DNA from: Gammaproteobacteria bacterium
GTDB lineage: Bacteria; Pseudomonadota; Gammaproteobacteria; Steroidobacterales; JBFFHS01
DNA: 64,000 nucleotides
Assembly: GCA_041556855.1 (NCBI GenBank)
Contig: JBFFHS010000003.1
Location: 16,684 to 80,683 of the forward strand
Direction: 5' to 3'
How positions within the stretch are numbered: position 1 is the stretch's first letter; each line of letters starts with the position of its first letter. The notes under the pieces were generated by a model. That model had not been told where the DNA came from. It ran no database searches and was given only the letters and a program-made list of their open reading frames with translations. Positions 59,899 to 64,000 of the stretch are shown here, in pieces. The position numbers and the translations under genes are program-made.

Positions 59899-60909
59899 TT
59901 AAATACCGACGATCACCTTCTCTTCGTCTACCCGCAGGCTGGGCGGTGGCCAGCTCTCCAGTCGCATACCCAGCGCCAGACCGTGACTCTCCAGCACCTC
60001 TTTGATTTCTGTCAGGGACTTCTTGCCCAGATTGGGGGTCCGCAACAACTCGACTTCTGTGCGTTGCACCAGGTCGCCAATGTAATTGATGCTTTCCGCC
60101 TTGAGGCAGTTAGCTGACCGTACCGTCAGCTCCAACTCGTCCACCGGGCGCAGCAGAATAGGATCGATCTGTGCCTCGGCCATGCCGGTGGCAATCTCGT
60201 CCTGGCCTTCCAGCTGCACGAAGACTTCGAGCTGACTCTTGAGAATACTGCCGGCGCGCCGGATAGCTTCCTCCGGATCGATGGTGCCATTAGTCTCCAC
60301 GTCGACGATCAGCTTGTCCAAGTCAGTGCGCTGCTCAACGCGGGCGCTTTCCACGTTGTAGGTGACGCGGCGGATCGGGCTGAAGGTAGCGTCCAGCTGC
60401 AAGCGGCCGATGGGGCGAGTCTGCTCCTCAAAGGGCACCAACTGGGCGGCGGGCCGGTAGCCGCGACCGCGCACTGCCTTGAGCACCATGCGCAACTCAC
60501 CAGCCTGGGTGAGGTTGGCGATGACCAGATCGGGGTTGACCACTTCGACATCGTGATCGCAAACGATGTCGCCTGCCGTCACCGGCCCCGGGCCCTTCTT
60601 CGACAGGGTCAACTCGACCTCATCCCGGCCGTGCATGCGAATCGCCACGGACTTGAGATTCAGTAAAACCTCGACCACGTCCTCCTGGACACCCTCGATG
60701 GTGGTGTATTCGTGCAATACCCCGTCGATCTCGGCTTCCACGATGGCCGCACCAGGCATCGAAGACAGCAAAATACGGCGCAGGGCATTGCCCAGGGTGT
60801 GCCCGAAGCCACGCTCGAAGGGCTCGATCGTGACTTTGGCGTGCGTGTCGGTAATGGGTTGAACCTTGACGACTCGCGGCTTCAAGAAATCTGTAACTGA
60901 TTCCTGCAT
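59899..60909 (-). CDS. rpoA: DNA-directed RNA polymerase alpha subunit
   Basis: 336 aa. Contains [15 protein letters not shown] and a C-terminal domain with [11 protein letters not shown]. Confidence 0.98.
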   Translation of the reverse strand: MQESVTDFLKPRVVKVQPITDTHAKVTIEPFERGFGHTLGNALRRILLSSMPGAAIVEAEIDGVLHEYTTIEGVQEDVVEVLLNLKSVAIRMHGRDEVELTLSKKGPGPVTAGDIVCDHDVEVVNPDLVIANLTQAGELRMVLKAVRGRGYRPAAQLVPFEEQTRPIGRLQLDATFSPIRRVTYNVESARVEQRTDLDKLIVDVETNGTIDPEEAIRRAGSILKSQLEVFVQLEGQDEIATGMAEAQIDPILLRPVDELELTVRSANCLKAESINYIGDLVQRTEVELLRTPNLGKKSLTEIKEVLESHGLALGMRLESWPPPSLRVDEEKVIVGI

Positions 60910-60928
60910 GTGGATACTTCCTCAATGC

Positions 60929-61549
60929 TTACTTGGAGTACAACTCAACTACCAGGTTCTCGTTGATGTCCGGCAGTATTTCATCCCGCTCCGGGATTGC
61001 CTTGAGCAGGCCTTCCATCTTTTTCTCGTCAACGTCCACCCAATCCGGGAATCCAACCTGGCTGGCAATTTCCAGCGCCGACTGAATGCGCATTTGTTTC
61101 CTGGCGCGTTCCCGCACCATGACTTTGTCTCCAGGCTTGACCTGGTAAGACGGCACGTTCACAAGCCGCTCGTTCACGGTAATGCCCTTGTGACTGACCA
61201 GCTGGCGCGCTTCCGCCCTGGTGGCCGCAAAACCCATGCGATACACCACATTATCCAGCCGGCCCTCCAGCAGCTTGAGCAGGTTTTCGCCTGTGGAGCC
61301 GGTTTTCTGGGCCGCCTTCTTGTAATAGTTGCGGAACTGGCGTTCCAACACGCCGTACATCCGGCGCAGCTTCTGCTTCTCGCGCAGCTGCAAGCCGTAG
61401 TCCGACAGCCGGGTGCGGCGCTGGCCGTGGCCACCCGGTGGGGTTTCCAGTTTGCACTTACTTTCCAGCGGCTTGACACCGCTCTTCAAGAACAGGTCAG
61501 TGCCTTCGCGCCGGGAAAGCTTGCAGGTTGGTCCGATATATCTCGCCAT
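60929..61549 (-). CDS. rpsD: 30S ribosomal protein S4
   Basis: 206 aa. Starts [24 protein letters not shown]. Confidence 0.98.
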   Translation of the reverse strand: MARYIGPTCKLSRREGTDLFLKSGVKPLESKCKLETPPGGHGQRRTRLSDYGLQLREKQKLRRMYGVLERQFRNYYKKAAQKTGSTGENLLKLLEGRLDNVVYRMGFAATRAEARQLVSHKGITVNERLVNVPSYQVKPGDKVMVRERARKQMRIQSALEIASQVGFPDWVDVDEKKMEGLLKAIPERDEILPDINENLVVELYSK

Positions 61550-61561
61550 ATCGTCTTCCGA

Positions 61562-61948
61562 TTAGACTCGCCGTTTTTTGGGAGGGCGACAGCCATTGTG
61601 GGGAATGGGCGTCACGTCCTCGATCTGTGTAATCCTGAATCCCACTGCGTTCAGGGCGCGAACCGCGGATTCCCTGCCGGGCCCGGGTCCTTTCACCCGC
61701 ACTTCCAGGTTCTTCACGCCGTAATCCTGGGCGGCTATTCCCGCCTTCTCCGCCGCCACCTGAGCCGCAAAGGGCGTGCTCTTGCGCGACCCGCGGAAAC
61801 CACAGCCGCCGGAGGTGGCCCAGGACAAGGCGTTACCCTGCCGATCGGTTATCGTGATGATGGTGTTGTTGAAGGAGGCATGGATATGCGCAACGGCATC
61901 CAATACCTGCCGTTTCACCTTCTTTTTGGTACGTGCTGGCTGAGCCAT
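61562..61948 (-). CDS. rpsK: 30S ribosomal protein S11
   Basis: 128 aa. Contains [15 protein letters not shown]. Confidence 0.98.
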   Translation of the reverse strand: MAQPARTKKKVKRQVLDAVAHIHASFNNTIITITDRQGNALSWATSGGCGFRGSRKSTPFAAQVAAEKAGIAAQDYGVKNLEVRVKGPGPGRESAVRALNAVGFRITQIEDVTPIPHNGCRPPKKRRV

Positions 61949-61971
61949 AGGCTGCTGCTCTCCTCTCGAAC

Positions 61972-62328
61972 CTACTTACGGATCGGCCGGCGCGGGCCTT
62001 TCCGAGTGCGCGCGTTGGTGCGGGTTCGCTGACCGCGAGCCGGCAGCCCGCGTCGATGACGAATACCCCGGTATGACCCTAAGTCCATCAATCGTTTGAT
62101 GTTCATGGCGGTTTCGCGCCGCAGGTCACCCTCGACGCTGAAACGCGCAATGGCGGTTCGCAACTGCTCCACCTCAGGCTCGCTAAGATCCTTCACTTTG
62201 GTGGCCGGATCGATGCCTGCCTCAGCGCAAGCTTTAAGCGCGCGGCTGCGGCCGATGCCGAAGATGTGGGTCAACGACACCACGATGTGCTTTTGAACCG
62301 GGATGTTGATTCCCGCTATACGGGCCAT
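61972..62328 (-). CDS. rpsM: 30S ribosomal protein S13
   Basis: 118 aa. Starts [10 protein letters not shown]. An AGGAG SD lies in the 11-nt gap after rpmJ. Confidence 0.98.
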   Translation of the reverse strand: MARIAGINIPVQKHIVVSLTHIFGIGRSRALKACAEAGIDPATKVKDLSEPEVEQLRTAIARFSVEGDLRRETAMNIKRLMDLGSYRGIRHRRGLPARGQRTRTNARTRKGPRRPIRK

Positions 62329-62339
62329 GGAAAACTCCT

Positions 62340-62453
62340 CTACCCTTGCCGCTGTTTGTGCCGCGGGTCAGTACAAATAACCCGCACCACTCGATTGCGG
62401 CGAATGATCTTGCAGTTGCGACAAATGCGCTTTACTGATGCTCTGACTTTCAT
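62340..62453 (-). CDS. rpmJ: 50S ribosomal protein L36
   Basis: Too short for the ORF track. My translation gives [37 protein letters not shown]. Lies at the conserved secY-rpmJ-rpsM position. Confidence 0.95.
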   Translation of the reverse strand: MKVRASVKRICRNCKIIRRNRVVRVICTDPRHKQRQG

Positions 62454-62467
62454 AGCGTGACCTTAAG

Positions 62468-63811
62468 CTATCTCACCTGGCCGGGGCGGCCGTAGCCGCG
62501 CAGGTTGGCTTTCTTCAACAGCCCCTCGTACTGGTGGGTCATCATGTGCGCCTGCAACTGAGACATGAAATCCATGGTGACCACCACGATGATCAGCAGG
62601 GACGTACCCCCGAAGTAGAACGGCACCTGGAAATTGAGAATCATGAATTCGGGCAGCAAACACACGGCGGTAATGTACATGGCGCCCCAGAAGGTCAAGC
62701 GGGTCAGCACCTTGTCCAGATAGTCGGCCGTCTGATGGCCCGGCCGAATGCCCGGTATGAATGCACCCGAGCGCTTCAGGTTGTCCGCCGTCTCCCGGGA
62801 GTTGTATACCAGGGCCGTGTAAAAGAAGCAGAAAAAGATGATCAGAGACGCGTATACCAGAATATAGACCGGCTGCCCGGGCGACAGACTGGCGGCGATG
62901 CGCTGCAGGAAGCCGACGCTCTGGCTGGTACCGAACCAGCCAGCTACGGTGGCCGGGAACAGGATCAGGCTGGATGCAAAAATCGGCGGAATCACGCCGG
63001 CCATATTCAGCTTGAACGGCAGATGCTGAGTCTGGCCGGCATACATCTTGCGGCCCTGCTGGCGCTTAGCGTAATTCACGGCGATACGCCGCTGGGCGCG
63101 CTCCACGAACACGACAAAACCGGTCACGCCGAGCACCAGAATGATCATAATCAGCGCAAAGGCCGGCTGCAGCTCGCCGGTATTCACCAATTCCAAGGTG
63201 CCGCCGATCGCGGCGGGCAGGCCGGACACGATACTGGCAAGAATGATCATCGAGATGCCGTTGCCAATGCCGCGCTCGGTGATCTGTTCGCCGAGCCACA
63301 TCAGAAACATGGTGCCCGTTACCAGAGTAACCGCCGCTGTCATCACAAAGGCGGGGCCGGGATTATCCACCACACCCTGGTTTTGCAGCGCCGTAGCAGC
63401 CGCGACCGATTGGAACGCGGACAGAACAACCGTGCCGTAGCGGGTCGTCTGGGTAATCTTGCGCTTGCCGGCCTCGCCCTCCTTACGCCACTGGCCCAGG
63501 GTAGGCACCACGTGGGTGGCCATCTGCATAATGATGGACGCGGAAATGTACGGCATGATGCCGAGCGCGAAGATAGACAGGCGCTCCAGAGCGCCACCGG
63601 AAAACATGTTGAACATGCTCAGGATGGTGCCGGACTGCTGCTCGAAGAATTGGGCCAGGGCGTCTGGATTGATCCCCGGAACCGGTATGAAGGTACCGAT
63701 GCGGTATACGATCAGGGCCCCAATCAGGAAGAACAGGCGCTGGCGGAGCTCGGTAAAACGCGTCGCGTCACCGAGAATGCTAGCCGGATTTGCAGTGGCT
63801 GATTTGGCCAC
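62468..63811 (-). CDS. secY: Preprotein translocase subunit SecY
   Basis: 447 aa with a GTG start. Ten hydrophobic segments. Contains [14 protein letters not shown]. Confidence 0.98.
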   Translation of the reverse strand: MAKSATANPASILGDATRFTELRQRLFFLIGALIVYRIGTFIPVPGINPDALAQFFEQQSGTILSMFNMFSGGALERLSIFALGIMPYISASIIMQMATHVVPTLGQWRKEGEAGKRKITQTTRYGTVVLSAFQSVAAATALQNQGVVDNPGPAFVMTAAVTLVTGTMFLMWLGEQITERGIGNGISMIILASIVSGLPAAIGGTLELVNTGELQPAFALIMIILVLGVTGFVVFVERAQRRIAVNYAKRQQGRKMYAGQTQHLPFKLNMAGVIPPIFASSLILFPATVAGWFGTSQSVGFLQRIAASLSPGQPVYILVYASLIIFFCFFYTALVYNSRETADNLKRSGAFIPGIRPGHQTADYLDKVLTRLTFWGAMYITAVCLLPEFMILNFQVPFYFGGTSLLIIVVVTMDFMSQLQAHMMTHQYEGLLKKANLRGYGRPGQVR

Positions 63812-63834
63812 GATCTATCTCCGCTGGTTGTACC

Positions 63835-64000
63835 CTATTCCACCGTGCCGCCGGCGGCCTCAATGGCCGCTCTGGCACCGGGAGTCGCCGCCAAACCTTT
63901 GACGGTAACAGCCTTGTCGAGTTTCCCCGACGCGATAATTTTCGCCTTGATGACGCGGGCAGACACGATACCGGCGTCCTTGAGCGCCTTCAGGTCTGCG
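63835..64000 (-). CDS. rplO: 50S ribosomal protein L15, C-terminal part. The gene start lies beyond the right edge of the window.
   Basis: Reverse-strand translation ends ..[53 protein letters not shown] with TAG at 63837..63835. Lies upstream of secY. Confidence 0.9.
   Translation of the reverse strand, partial: ADLKALKDAGIVSARVIKAKIIASGKLDKAVTVKGLAATPGARAAIEAAGGTVE

Noticed and set aside
60866-62032. 388-aa + strand ORF
   Set aside because: Antisense to rpsD, rpsK and rpsM, which are certain. It has no motifs and junk-like composition.
62534-63802. 422-aa + strand ORF
   Set aside because: Antisense to secY. Its sequence is rich in G, H, R and Q with no hydrophobic pattern or motif.
1-64000. 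Scan for mobile elements, prophage, integrases, toxin-antitoxin pairs, CRISPR-Cas and known defence systems
   Set aside because: Every sizeable ORF could be assigned to a housekeeping family or to the few unknowns listed above. I recognised no transposase, integrase, phage-like or Cas-like sequences, and no terminal inverted or direct repeats flanking the lower-GC segment. This was a by-eye reading, and a repeat finder could still reveal short elements that I missed.

Overview
GC-rich (roughly two-thirds G+C by eye, not computed) chromosomal segment with gammaproteobacterial core synteny resembling Pseudomonas or Chromatiales (taxon is inference only). It is very tightly packed, with about 70 protein genes, almost all housekeeping. 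Recognisable clusters, in order: gcvT-H-PA-PB; ygfB-pepP-ubiH-ubiI; zapA-ssrS-ygfA; rpiA; rplM-rpsI; coq7; crp; djlA; purC; pmbA; purEK; maf-rng-yhdP-(C-N hydrolase)-tldD; rlmH-rsfS-nadD-holA; cysS; hisI; lptE; leuS; miaB-phoH-ybeY-corC-lnt; ssb/uvrA; trpS; pepQ; phhB; and secY-rpmJ-rpsM-rpsK-rpsD-rpoA-rplQ. The ORF track misses several elements that I could read directly. These are a tandem glycine riboswitch with terminator ahead of gcvT, a 6S RNA between zapA and ygfA, tRNA-Gln(CUG), rpmJ, two edge-truncated genes (a serine protease at the left edge, rplO at the right edge), two perfect CRP boxes ahead of crp, and a decayed gamma-glutamyltransferase gene. I saw no CRISPR array, IS element, integrase, prophage or recognisable defence system. 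Many long ORFs in the track are antisense artefacts typical of high-GC DNA. I cannot demonstrate a truly new system from sequence alone. The least understood content, and the best candidates, are: (1) a translationally coupled triad of retropepsin-like protease, 7TM inactive-transglutaminase and RimK-like ATP-grasp ligase at 5580-8553; (2) an orphan ExeA-like AAA+ ATPase fused to an FHA domain at 25930-27228, next to a 0.95 kb poorly coding grey zone; (3) a membrane ICMT-like methyltransferase plus mini kinase-fold protein operon at 57688-58996; (4) a histone-H1-like protein built from 27-bp tandem repeats at 15130-15513; (5) an HExxH protein that occupies the holA position after lptE in a rearranged leuS-lptE-holA locus.
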